DNA from: Dipteris shenzhenensis
Lineage: Eukaryota
DNA: 64,000 bases
Assembly (NCBI GenBank): GCA_047967505.1
Contig: CM106538.1
Reading direction: 5' to 3' (one strand)
Part shown: positions 10,177 to 22,218 of the stretch, in pieces
Layout of the letters: each line of letters opens with the position of its first letter
Position numbering within the stretch: position 1 is the stretch's first letter
Notes under the pieces: generated by a model
Told to the model about the DNA's origin: nothing
What the model saw: the letters and a program-made list of their open reading frames with translations, nothing else
Databases searched by the model: none
Made by a program: the position numbers and the translations under genes

Positions 10177-12212
10177 CTAGACAATCTTCAATATTGTAGG
10201 AGGGATAAAAGTGGCACTATGCACGAGCTTCTCTACACGCTTTCCTACCTTTTCACCATTTAAGGTAAAGTGAAAGGACTCAGACATGCCATCCTCCATG
10301 ACCAATAGGTGTTCCCGCATGTCCCTAAGAGTCCATTGTGATGTGACAATCACATTCTTAACATCTCCTAAATGAGAACCAATACATAAACTTACCCCTG
10401 TATTATCATCATCATTAGAGTCAAGGGGGAGCCAATCAAGTCACTTATTTTCTTCTAGTGTCTATATTGGAAAGCAAAATATATCATTTGGTAGGAGATG
10501 TGGTACTTGACAACCACATTGTCCTTACATATATGGCATTGAAACAGATCACCCTTTTGTTCACCTGACCTGCTTCCCCAATTCACCCCAAGCAATTCCT
10601 CAAGGGCATTCTCATGTAGGCACTTGCATGACCACATGGTCTTTATTCTGTGCATCTGGATATTATGAAAACAAGAAGCAAAAATATGCAGAGGCATAAA
10701 CCAAGACAACCTTACCCATTTAGAGCCAAATTTTTTGTTCTGTGCATCTGGATATTATGAAAACAAGAAGCAAAAATGTGCAGAGGCATAAACCAAGACA
10801 ACCTTACCCATTTAGAGCCAAATGTAAACTTCATGGCCATGCCCACATCCTTTGCAATCTTTTCCTTGTATGATTGCATTGTTCTTGTGTCCACCATGCT
10901 GCAATCCATGTCTTCAAGTTGTGGTGTTACAATGCATTGAAGATGGCCATAGCCTGATGCTGTCCTTGGAGTAATGTACTTGGCATTATACCAATAGATA
11001 TTTCTCCGTTTCAAAGCAGAGGGCTTCTCTCCAGCATGCATTTGCCTTCCTAAATCCTCATGAATGGTAGTAAACTTACCTAAGAAGCACTCGACTGGTT
11101 CCCACTCCTCAAAGTTTGAAGGAAATAGATCTGTTATGCACAAGTGCTATTTCAAAATACAATTTCAAACAGCCTCATTACACTGGTTTTATTTCAAAAT
11201 ACAATTTCAAGCTGACTCATTACACTTCAAAATCTTACACAAAATGTAGACTTACAATGTGATGGTATTGTCGATTGAGTGCTTAACAGAAGAAGGCGCA
11301 TGTCCTTCCCCATGTAGATGTGTTGTACCTTTGCAAGCAATCCTTTCTTCCCACGCTTGAACTTCATGATGCGGCACTTTCATTCATGCAAAAGATCACC
11401 TCTTTTGCTCTTGGGAAGCTTATGTGGACCCTTGGTAGATCCTCTCATGACTATCCAATCATTCAAGTTGTAGGTGCAAGGCACCCATTCACCCAGTGCA
11501 TTTATGCTTCTATGGGACATAGAGTACATGTATGGTCTCCTCACCATGCTTGTACAAAGGTCACAATAGCAATAGTGGACTAGAAAGTGCAGCTTGGAGG
11601 GAGCGAGTAGCTCTGATAGAGGAAGAGAGAGAGACAAGGTATAGAGGGTGCAACTGAAGCTTGAGAGAAGCTCCAAGAGGTGCTGTAGCTAGGAATGGAG
11701 GGAGAAAGAGTAGAGGGGGATGAACAGCTGCTCCAGGAGGTGTTGTAGCTAGGAATGGAGGGAGAAAGTGTAGAGGGGGATGAGCAACCACTATAGGAGG
11801 TACTATAGCTAGGAATGGAGGAAGAAAGAGCAGAGGGGGATGAGCAGCTACTGCTGTAGGAGGTGCTATAGCTAGGAGTGGAGAGAGAATGAGCAGATGC
11901 TACAAGAGGTGCTAGAGAGGGAGAAACACAATGGACCAGAGTAGGAGGGGGCAGAGAAGATGCCAAATGCGTTCCCACATTTGAAAAATGGAGGGAGAAT
12001 GGAGCTGGACCAGAGAAGAGGAGGGGGTAGGCCTGTAACAAGCTGAGAGGGGGAAAAATTTCACCCAGAAGGGCCCACCGACTCTTGAATGACTTGTAGG
12101 TTTGTTTGGGGAAGGTGCATATGGGAGAAGGGTCAAGCATGGGTTGAGAGGGGGGGGGATGGTTTGAGTGGTCCCTGGTGTAAGAGGAGTAGCCAATAGG
12201 GGCTCTTTGCAA
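10177..12212 (-). pseudogene. Convergent accessory gene: Pro/Ser-rich repeats, putative BAH-like domain, C-terminal ubiquitin-like domain
   Basis: Intron 11131-11255 joins YNLNDWIVMR...E*KCRIMKF...AKVQHIY to YLFPSNFEEWEPVECFLGKFTTIH...IYWYNAKY (BAH-like pattern). The C-terminal VSLCIG..KNVIVTSQWTLRDMREHL..FHFTLNGEKV..ILKIV* resembles a beta-grasp fold. Disrupted by stops and a 92-bp duplication. Confidence 0.55.
11680..11880. repeat. ~60-bp coding minisatellite, ~3.3 copies
   Basis: TAGCTAGGAATGGAGG..GAAAG..AGAGGGGGATGA recurs with a 60-bp period. Confidence 0.85.
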
Positions 12213-12354
12213 GTCTTCCCACCCTCCACCTCAACATGGCATTGCCCCACAGAAGGGAGCACTCCCATTGGTACACCTCAAATACCTCACTAATCCCTTG
12301 AAAGTAGGAAACACTAATTGGGGGTCCTTTGGAGACCCCAATTCTCCCCTAATG

Positions 12355-13274
12355 CTTTAAGGTCATCCCACAATGCCAAATAGAATTCCACTGTTAGACC
12401 ATCCCATCCTGGAGATTTCCCTTTGCTAAGATGGAGCAAGGCATTATGTAATTCTTCTGCTGCGAGTGACTGATCCATGGATAAGGCATCCTACTAAAGC
12501 ATGATTGGTTGCACATGTCTCAAAAGAGCTTGTTGTGCATCTATCATTGGCTGAGTGGGAGCTGAGGGGGCTATAAATAGCTTGTGAAATTGATCATAGC
12601 ATTCATGATCAAGATCAGAGAGAGAATGAGTCCAGGTGCCTCAATCTTCCATACTCTTAGACAGGAGCTCTTCCTTCTCGATGAGAATGTAACCCCTGGC
12701 AAAAGATTTGGAAGAGCATCCTTTATCCATGAATGGTGTCATCCGTGCACAAACTTGCCACTTGTTGAGTTTCCTTTGATTGTTTTCTTATAACAATGAT
12801 CGATAATGCAATACACTTTGTTGTTGGACTGGAGATAAATTATGAACCTGTGATAACTCAGTGAGGGACTGCACTTGATATTTGGCATCTATTATTTTTT
12901 TCCTCCAATCAGCCATATATGATCTGCCATATAGCGTAATAACATGCTGAATATAGTGCACAAAGGAATCCCATGCATAATTTAAGTCATAATGGGCATG
13001 TGCCTTTAATGGGGCAATGGCATCTTGTATCATGTTTCTGAAAGAGGCATGCTGAAAATATGCTACATTTACATGTTTAAGCCAAATAGTATGAGTAGGC
13101 AAATCATGAGTAGGCATACCGAAATCCAGTGTCAACCAAACAGGAGCATGATCTGATAGAGATAGAGAATGATCCACCGTGATTTGAATGGTGAAATCAG
13201 TAAATTGCTACATGTGTAGCAAGTACCATCTATCTAGCCTTGCCCAGTAATTGTGGATAGGATTATGATGATAT
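12355..13274 (-). pseudogene. LINE ORF2 middle fragment (end of APE endonuclease, linker, start of RT)
   Basis: NYWARLDRWY, SLSDHAPVWLTL and KGKSPGWDGLTVEFYLALWDDLK. Confidence 0.9.
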
Positions 13275-13372
13275 GGGAGGTAGCAAGCTAAGGGTGTCCA
13301 CTTCCGGACCACTTTCGGGTGAGTGTGACACCCGCTCGAGTGAAAATACAAAGGTTTTGCTTCGGTCTCCAA

Positions 13373-14010
13373 TACCTCGATCGAGGTATAAGCTCCAATG
13401 AAAATCACACACGAGCACAACCGAGCCAAGCCAATACCTCGATCGAGGTACTGCGCTTTTTCACCGGACCGAGCCTCTACCTCGATCGAGGCTTGCTGGC
13501 AAGCCAGCTATACATGCCACATCTACCTCGTTCGAGGTATCGTGGCAATCCAGCTCAACCTCGATCGAGGTCAGGTGGCATGTCCAGCATACCTCGATCG
13601 AGGTATGTGCCATCCGACAGGGCAGCCAACAGGGCGGATGACATACCTCGATCGAGGTATGCTGGACATATGACTGGGCATCCCGCTTCTGCCAACATAC
13701 CACGATCGAGGTATCGTGGCATGTCAAAACCTCCATCGACGTGGATGTACCGAGATGTATGGGCATGCCACAATACCTCGATCGAGGTATTGTGGCATGG
13801 CAATACCTCGATCGAGGTAGATGTACCGAGATGTATGGGCATGTCAAGAATACCTCGATCGAGGTATCGTGGCATGCCAATACCTCGATCGAGGTAGATG
13901 TGCCGAGATGTATGGGCATGTCAAGAATACCTCGATCGAGGTAGCTAAACCCTAATTTTTCTTATAAAAGGAGAGCGACCCCCCTCATTCCGCATACCTC
14001 GATCGAGCTC
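13373..14010. repeat. Subterminal array of the 16-bp palindrome TACCTCGATCGAGGTA (~15 copies, some degenerate)
   Basis: Seen directly. Spacers are variable, and there is a 77-bp higher-order duplication at ~13770-13943. Confidence 0.95.
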
Positions 14011-14122
14011 TGCCTCATCCATCGATTTCGGATTTGCCGGACTTCGACGGAATTGCGCGAGCGAAGGAGAGCCACGAACGGACATTGACGGAGATGGACG
14101 GAGCCGGAGCGGGAGAGTCCAG
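13946..14122 (+). promoter_or_regulatory. Putative promoter and first exon of the cargo gene
   Basis: TAAACCCTAA at ~13946, TATAAAA at ~13963, GC-rich leader, ATG at 14094 (MDGAGAGES) ending at AG|GTAGGG (14123). Confidence 0.5.
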
Positions 14123-14129
14123 GTAGGGT

Positions 14130-15160
14130 TTTTTTTTATGTAGCATTTTCTTTTTGGTAGAATTTGATTAAATTTTAGTTATAAGAAAAATTATAAAATG
14201 CATTTTAATGTTTTTCTGAAATTTATGAATTACGAGATTTTTTATTTAAAATGTGAAAATTAAATTTTTTTTTTAAATAGAGCTTTTTTTAGTAAATAAA
14301 AAAATATTCATATTAATAATTATAAAATATTTATAAATTTGAAATGCATTTGTAATTTTTTTTTAATTTTTAAATTACGACATTTATAATTTAAAAAATG
14401 TTTAATGAGGCATTTTTTATTCAAAATGTGAAAATGTTCAATATTTCTGTTTTTTTTATGTAGCATTTTCTTTTTGGTAGAATTTAATTAAATTTTAGGT
14501 TAAAAGAAAAATAATAAAAATTTTCTAAATTTCAAATGCAATATAATGTTTTTTTGAAATTTATGAATTACGACATTTTTTATTTAAAATGTGAAAATGA
14601 AAATTTTTTTTCAAAATAGAGCATTTTTAGTAAATAAAAAAACATTCATATTAATAATTATAAAATATTTATAAATTTGAAATGCATTTGTAAATTTTTT
14701 TAAAATTTTTGAACTACGACATTTATAATTTAAAATGTGAAAATTTTAAATTTAAAAAACGTTTAATTAGGCATTTTTTATTCAAAATGTGAAAATGTTC
14801 TATATTTCTGTTTTTTTTATGTAGCATTTTCTTTTTGGTAGAATTTAATTAAATTTTAGTTTATAAGGAAAATTATAAAAAATTTCTAAATTTATAATGC
14901 ATTTTAATGTTTTTTTGAAATTTATAAATTACGACATTTTTTATTTAAAATGTGAAAATGAAATTTTTTTTTTAAAATAGAGCTATTTTTATTAAATAAA
15001 AAAACGTTCATAGGAATAATTATAAAGTATTTATAAATTTGAAATGCATTTGTAAATTTTTTTTTAATTTTTGAATTACGACATTTATAATTTAAAATGT
15101 GAAAATTTTAAATTTAAAAAACGTTTAATGAGGCATTTTTTATTCAAAATGTAAAAATTA
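14130..15160. repeat. AT-rich tandem triplication (~320-360 bp unit)
   Basis: Unit start TTTTTTTATGTAGCATTTTCTTTTTGGTAGAATTT at ~14130, ~14450 and ~14811. Confidence 0.9.
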
Positions 15161-17526
15161 GGTTTTTAAAAATCATCTTTAGGAATGGCCACTAGTTGAG
15201 GTGGATTGCCCAACCAAAATAGGAAATGAAGATACAAGACATTTTGTATAAGACTCACTCGACTTATCAAATTAATACACAAACATAAACCTACTAGTCA
15301 ACTATTGGAGTTGGACATTAAAGATTGACTAGTGACATGGTTGGTGACCAAAGCTTGAAGTTGACTAGACACTTTGGGACAAGCAAGTTCTTTAGAAGGA
15401 AACTAGGTTTAAGCTTGGGTAATCATCCCTAATATATTGGGAAATTACTAATGATAAATCATCCTTTAACTATTTGGCAATTAGTAAGGATCGATTCTAC
15501 TAGGAAATATGTTGAAGGCATATGTCCCCTATTAGTCAATAGATTGATTAGACTAAGCATGCATGATAAGGCTATAGCTTGGAAATGCCTAGATAGTGGC
15601 TTAGTCCAAATCTTCAATATCCCTTAAGAAGACATGAGATAGTGGCTTAGACCTTAAGAAGACATGGAATAGTTTGCAAATGTCTAATTCTTCTAAGTTA
15701 TGCATAGACTCTAGCATAACTGAAAAAAGAATATTACAAGATTGAGAATATTTGGGTGGGTCTTCAAGAACTCGAATATTACGGTCTGTGCCTATAAACT
15801 GTTTGAGATTCTTATGCTATCACTATGGCATGCTTTAGATCTAGCACTTTGATCATGTTTGTTGTCTAGTTCCATAATTCATCTACTTCTCTTATATGTA
15901 TAAGAAGAAAGAAATACGCCATAGAGAAACTGAAAGTTTAACTAGAATACCTAACATTCATCGCACATGGGACTCTAGTGGATCTATATTCATTCCACAT
16001 TCATGCTAATATATGCAAGTGTTTTGATCAACTATAGACCTAAGTTCAAATAGAGCCTGTTAATGACTGAATCTCTCCTAATCATCCCTTAATGATTATA
16101 GATAATAGTATGGGCCACTATAAGGATTGGTTAGGAGCTATTTTTGAAATGCCAAACTTTGAAATGAAGTCAATATTCATTGTGTTGAGGAATATTTGTC
16201 GGGTGGATCTAGTTGAAGAGAGAAATCCATGTTGCATAAGATTTGTCTGAGTTGAGCAGCCTCAAATTGACTTAAGAGAGAGAGAACTCCATAACCTTCA
16301 AGAGTCGACATTTGAAGCATCCCATTCCATGTTGTTTGCTACATGGCAGCTCGCCATGTGGCACACATACATCCCTTTTTGCACTGTAGGGAAACCTATG
16401 ACTAATGTTAACAACATTTATCTTGTCTTTTACAAATGACTAAGATGTTTTCCCAAAAAGACTTTGTAATAATAATCACGTGAACCACCTCATAACCAAA
16501 ATAATATGGATGCTACATATCTCCTTTCCCTCGTTGAAACTATGTCACACATGGAATGTCAACCACATGCTCAAGGAATTATATGCTAGTTTCATTGTAA
16601 GCAAGGGTGGTCTCTTTCTTGCTAGTCCAACCATAGGCAACGGTGACGCTTATTACTTGAGCTCAACCAAAATTAACATTAGTTATCGTATGCAACCCTT
16701 CCCATTGCATAGGGACATCCAAGGATTTAATTTTCAAAGTTTTTGAATCCTCTTCTAGGGATCTTGTGCCCTTTGTTGTTGCTACGTATGTGGATGATCT
16801 CATTCCAAAACTATTTTTACAACTAGAAGTCGAGTGAGTCTTATACAAAATGTCTTGAACCAAGTGATGATCTATAGGAATGGCCACTAGTTGAGGTGGA
16901 TTGCCCAACCAAAATAGATAATATTGAAAAGGCTTATTATTTTCTCAAAGTTCTCGCTTTAAAAGGTCTGTAGTGTGAACCCGCTCTCTTTTTTAATGTG
17001 TAGTCCGAGAAATACTAGATGCGCCTTGCTTGTGTATCATTCAAAGTAATGTATTAGGTATCCTTCTATCTCCTCCATATCTATTGCAAACCCAAGGCAG
17101 TAAAGCATTCAAAGAAGGTCTTATTAACCAAACCTCTCCACTATCTGTCCTTAGTATAGGGGCCATTAGTGGACAATGTGGTCCTTACACCACATGTGGA
17201 AAAGTTTCATATTGGATAAAAAGTGAAAAAAGGGAAACATATAAGGAAAAAATATTTGAGACATCTAAATTTAAAAATGCAACAACTAGAGTGAAAAAAT
17301 TCTAATCAAAATTAAGAATTATTAATAATATTGATTAATATTGAGCCACACATTTGGCCCATCTACCGGTAGGTGCATAGGATCTACCTCATCAAGGAGT
17401 ACGTACAAATAGTTTTCATTACGTAAATAGATTATAAGTCATATTGAATAGAATATTATTTTCATTACCCAAATAGAATATTAATTTCCATGTGTTTTTT
17501 TTGTGCATGCGCCAACCAGCGCACAG

Positions 17527-19468
17527 GTTCTAGCACCACTATTCGTATGCAGATAGAGATGCTGAGAGCTGAGATGAGGGCACTGCAGGATGCTAGGGCA
17601 CCCCCTCACTTGGTTGCGAGCCTGGATTCAGTTATTGAGGCTCTGAGTCGATTGGACACAGTTGAGGACGTTGTGGATAGCTTTCAGGCACAGGCTGAGG
17701 CAGAGATCACTGGTGGTGGCTTGGATTGGAGAGCCATTCAACAGTTGTTTGAGCGGGAGTCACATCACAGGGAGGCCTTGGAGGATATGTTTTGGGATGG
17801 TCACACCGAGGCGATGCGACCACGATCAGGGCTCCCCTTGCATATTTTACGGTGTAGGCATCCCATCATAGCAGCACACATTTATCCTAGATATCTCGCT
17901 ACGAATGGTGGTCGATTGCCTCACAACCGCCAGATAGCCAGGTCGTTTGCCATGCAGCTTTACGCTGAGTTTGTCCTTGGTCATCGGGTGGACTACCTCA
18001 GTACCCGTCCAGGATCAGGAGCGGGACGTGGTAGGATGGGGCGTCAGGAGTGTCAGATTGTAGGTGTTTGGCGTCGACGTGAGGGACTAGAGTTGCACAC
18101 CATCCCTGCACCGGCATTGCGAGCGGTGGGAGGACAGATTAGGGGGGATGTTCATTCAGTGGCATCATCCTTGCAGCACATGGTCTCTGCCCTATCGAGA
18201 TCTATTGCGATTCCACCTCCCCCACCTCGATCATCGATGGAGCATCCCACATCTACACCACCTCCCACATCTACGGTGCCTCAGCACGAGTTGGAGGCTC
18301 GAGACACACGGATTGCAGAGTTGGAGGCATTATTGGCCGAGTCTAGGGACGAGGTTAGTTATTTTGATTATGTTAGTTTATTTTTTTGTAGCGTGTTTTG
18401 AACTGAAGTTTTTTGGTTAATTCTCACCATGTACGCGACATGTTTGCATTGCAGGCACATCTATTGCGTCAAGAGATGGAGTCTCGCGTACGACTGTTGC
18501 AGACAGATTTGGAGGAGTAGAGGATTCGGACACGCATAGCATACCATCGCGCAGAGCACTATATTTTGCAGTTGAGGCATATTAGTCGTGATCCGCCGTC
18601 GTGCCATAGGATCGACCCCAGCGTGGCCCTATACCCTGGTCCTCCTGTAGATGTGCCGACTAGGACACCCATAGACGCAGCAGTCGTAGCGAGGCTTCCT
18701 ACTGCCACTTGTGTCCTCTGCCACGAGGACTTTGACACCGTAGGGTGGTTTGGACTAGGGTGCGGCCACATCGCACATCTCCATTGCATGACCCGCCACA
18801 TGGTGGCACGTTCAGTGTGCCCTGTATGCTTTGCTGACATTGATGTGGCGACATACACAGGACTGGGCATGGATGATCTATATCCTGGTCATCGTCAGGC
18901 TATTGATCCATTCGCCCGTGTAGTCTTGATAGAGCACTATAGGGAGGAGGCACAGAGAGCGTTGCTGATGCAGGAGGGTGCGGATACATCGGTGGTTGCA
19001 TCATGCGTTCCACGACGCTTTTCGTACGGTGATTTCATGCCAGGTGACGAGGCACGAGCGGAGGAGGCACGCCGGATTGAGCGAGAGGCAGAGCTGCAGA
19101 CATCATTGCAGCAGTGGGTGGAGCAGCAGCTAGGGCGGGGCCGAGACCAGCGTCTTTCACATGTAGAGACGATTACTCGCGCTGGATTTGAGGCACGAGT
19201 ATTCGCAGATGCACGGCTATGGGAGCTGAGACGCGCGTACATAGAGGAGGCGAGGGAGGCAGAGATGGCAGCAGTGACGCGTGCAGCATGCCCTCCTCTT
19301 CATCAGGATGAGGCTGGCCCATCTCATGCAGGTGATGAGGCTGGCCCATCTGAGCCGGCTTTGCCTGAGGGCACACAGCGGACGGTTGGGCAGCGGGTCA
19401 TACAGGAGCCACGTCAGCGTTCCACTAGAGGATCATATGTAGAGTTATCAGATTCGGATTCAGATTGA
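17527..19468 (+). pseudogene. Cargo gene encoding a coiled-coil and RING-H2 (C3H2C3) protein; one premature stop
   Basis: Exon to 18353, intron 18354-18454, and a final exon in frame with ORF 18566-19468 apart from TAG at 18518. RING: CVLCHEDFDTVGWFGLGCGHIAHLHCMTRHMVARSVCPVC. 5' exon structure unresolved. Confidence 0.75.
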
Positions 19469-21235
19469 TTGTTTAGGCTTCACACGTTTCTTGTATAGGG
19501 ATGCACTTTTGTAGCATGATGATGATGATGTACAGATTCATTTTGGTACTTTCATGATATTGTTCCCACTTTTATGATGTATGAGCATTTTCGTACTTTC
19601 ATGATGTTCTTCACACTTTGTTTATCTCAGTTTATCTCAGTCTATAGTTTGTTTAATACATAAGGTATTTAAAAAAGAATGCCATGTGAAGTAATTGTAA
19701 ACATTAAACATTAATTGTAAACATTAAACATTAAACATATCAAAATTCATCTTTTTTTGTATGAAAATTTTATTTTGCTGATAAAAGTTTTTCATTTTTT
19801 AAACAAAAATTTTATTCTATTCATGTTTGTCAATAAAGTGTGTTTCAAAATCCAAATTTTCATCAATTTTTCAAAAAGACAACTATTGTCATATTCATGC
19901 TTCCAAATCTAGCCTTCCGATCTTAATATCAAAATATGTTGAAATTCAACCATTTGATAAACTAATTTGTATAAAAAGAAAATTACTTTTTTTAGACAAT
20001 GCCATAGCCCAATGTAAAATTGTTTCATCAAATGAAATTAGATATTAAAGTAACATCAATTTTACCAACTTTCAATTTATGCTATTTACAAAAAGTATTC
20101 TAGAAATGTATATTGGTACAAAACTTATCCATGACTCCGAGGGCAATGTTGTTACCTATGTGTAAATCAATTGATAAAAAATTCTTTCAACACCAATGAA
20201 CTTGAGGGAATGTGTGATCTAGAGATACTTAAACAACATGACAAAAGGAAAAAATTCGAGAAATCACCAATGTGTGGACATGCTTAGTTTGTAGGGTGTA
20301 GAAATTCTTGTATATGGATTTGATATGGGCACTTGCATAGAAAACAATTGGTATTTCAAAGAAAAAGCTCTAGCAACTCTCTTAGTTGAATGAAGCAGTT
20401 TCTTCTCCTTTGCAATTTGTCATGTTTTTTAAATTAAAGGAGAGAATACTTTTTGCAAATGATAATACTAGACATTTTTAGGTTCTGCAATAAAATATAA
20501 GTAATATTTTATGCATTCTTTTTTCACAATTCTAGTTTTTTAATAATATTGACATGAAGCGTATATTTTGTCCCTACAATTTTTAAAAAATATAAATTTT
20601 TTGGGGATTTTTTTCAAAAATGGAGTTAGACTTGTCCTTTGCATGATTTTGCTGTTATTTATTATGACTCAGTGTTTAATTTGTCTCTTATTGTTAACAA
20701 TACTTGTGCTAATTGGTGATCAAAGAAAACAAGACCTAATTATTTGTCATATTCGAACCACAATCACATGTGCCTTCCAAATCACAATCGCATATGCCTT
20801 CCAAGTTTCTAAGGACTATTTCAATTTCCTTAATAACATTTGCCAATGCACCAATCTAATTATTATGCATGTATAAAAGATAATGAACATAAAGAAGAGA
20901 AATCAACACAATTGGCAATTAATGCATGTATATGGGAATACAAGGAAGGTGTGGCATGCTAGCCCACCATTTTATTTCACTATTTTCTTTTGCATTTAGT
21001 GGTTTATGTACAAGAGAAAGGATTGGCGGTTGGTATAAGGAAAAGTGTTGGTATTTGGTTTATGTAAAAAGAAAGGGTTGTTGTGGCTATGCACCAAAAA
21101 AATATACACATATTAACAATCCCACTTCTCCCTCTTAAACTCTACTCATGTATGGGAGTACAAGGAAGGTGTGACATGTTAGGCCACAATTTAATTTTAC
21201 TATTTTCTTTTGACTTTGGTGGTACGCTAACGTGT

Positions 21236-22218
21236 AGTCGTGCTAGTAGGGATTGCTTCTACGTGGCGCAAACCAAATCAGTTGGAGACCAAATCTTGTG
21301 TGGATGTACGTCTAGGGTAGCCTAAGAGGCGTGTGAAGTTTCGTCCCCAACAGGGTTTAGGATTTAGGGTCCAGGGTTTAGGGTTTAGGGTTTAGGGTTT
21401 AGTCGTGCTAGTAGGGATTGCTTCTACGTGGCGCAAACCAAATCAGTTGGAGACCAAATCTTGCGTGGATGTACATCTAGGGTAGCCTAAGAGGCGTGTG
21501 AAGTTTCATCCCCAACAGGGTTTAGGATTTAGGGTCCAGGGTTTAGGGTTTAGGGTTTAGGGTTTAGTCGTGCTAGAAGGGATTGCTTCTACGTGGCGCA
21601 AACCAAATCAGTTGGAGACCAGATCTTGTGTGGATGTACATCTAGGGTAGCCTAAGAGGCGTGTGAAGTTTCGTCCCCAACAGGGTTTAGCATTTAGGGT
21701 CCAGGGTTTAGGGTTTAGGATTTAGGGTTTAGTCATGCTAGTAGGGATTGCTTTTACATGGCACAAACCAAATCAGTTGGAGACCAAATCTTGCGTGGAT
21801 GTACAGCTAGGGTAGCCTAAGAGGCGTGTGAAGTTTCGTCCCCAACAGGGTTTAGGATTTAGGGTCCAGGGTTTAGGGTTTAGGGTTTAGGATTTAGTCG
21901 TGCTAGTAGGGATTGCTTCTACGTGGCGCAAACCAAATCAGTTGGAGACCAAATCTTGCATGGATGTATGTCTAGGGTAGCCTAAGAGGCGTGTGAAGTT
22001 TCGTCCCCAACAGGGTTTAGCATTTAGGGTCCAGGGTTTAGGGTTTAGGGTTTAGGGTTTAGTCGTGCTAGTAGGGATTGCTTCTACGTGGCGCAAACAA
22101 AATCAGTTGGAGACCAAATCTTGCGTGGATGTACGTCTAGGGTAGCCTAAGAGGCGTGTGAAGTTTCGTGCCCAACAGGGTTTAGGATTTAGGGTCCAGG
22201 GTTTAGGGTTTAGGGTTT
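21236..22218 (+). repeat. Tandem satellite type A: 6 x 165 bp, each ending in ~6-7 TTTAGGG-type telomeric repeats
   Basis: Unit starts at 21236, 21401, 21566, 21731, 21896 and 22061. The last unit is 158 bp, one heptamer shorter. Confidence 0.97.

Larger units (their letters stand above)
3852..12354 (+). mobile_element. 8.5 kb TIR DNA transposon with RAG1/Transib-like transposase and three accessory ORFs
   Basis: TIRs CATTAGGGGAGAATTGGGGTCTC(A/C)AAAGG at 3852-3880 and, inverted, 12326-12354. Precise removal restores LINE RT WDDLK|DVMLQMIN. Confidence 0.88.

Noticed and set aside
3855-12352. Tc1/mariner-like boundaries GGGG...CCCC with TA TSD
   Set aside because: The inverted repeat extends through CATTA/TAATG, and the TA model leaves the host LINE frame shifted by 8 nt.
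13319-13944. ORFs with PRSRY/TSIEV/YLDRG repeats
   Set aside because: Artefacts of the stop-free palindromic repeat, open on both strands.
13373-14010. CRISPR-like array (palindromic repeat with variable spacers)
   Set aside because: Eukaryotic context, a 16-bp repeat, spacers of irregular length that resemble one another, and no cas genes. Better explained as transposon subterminal repeats.
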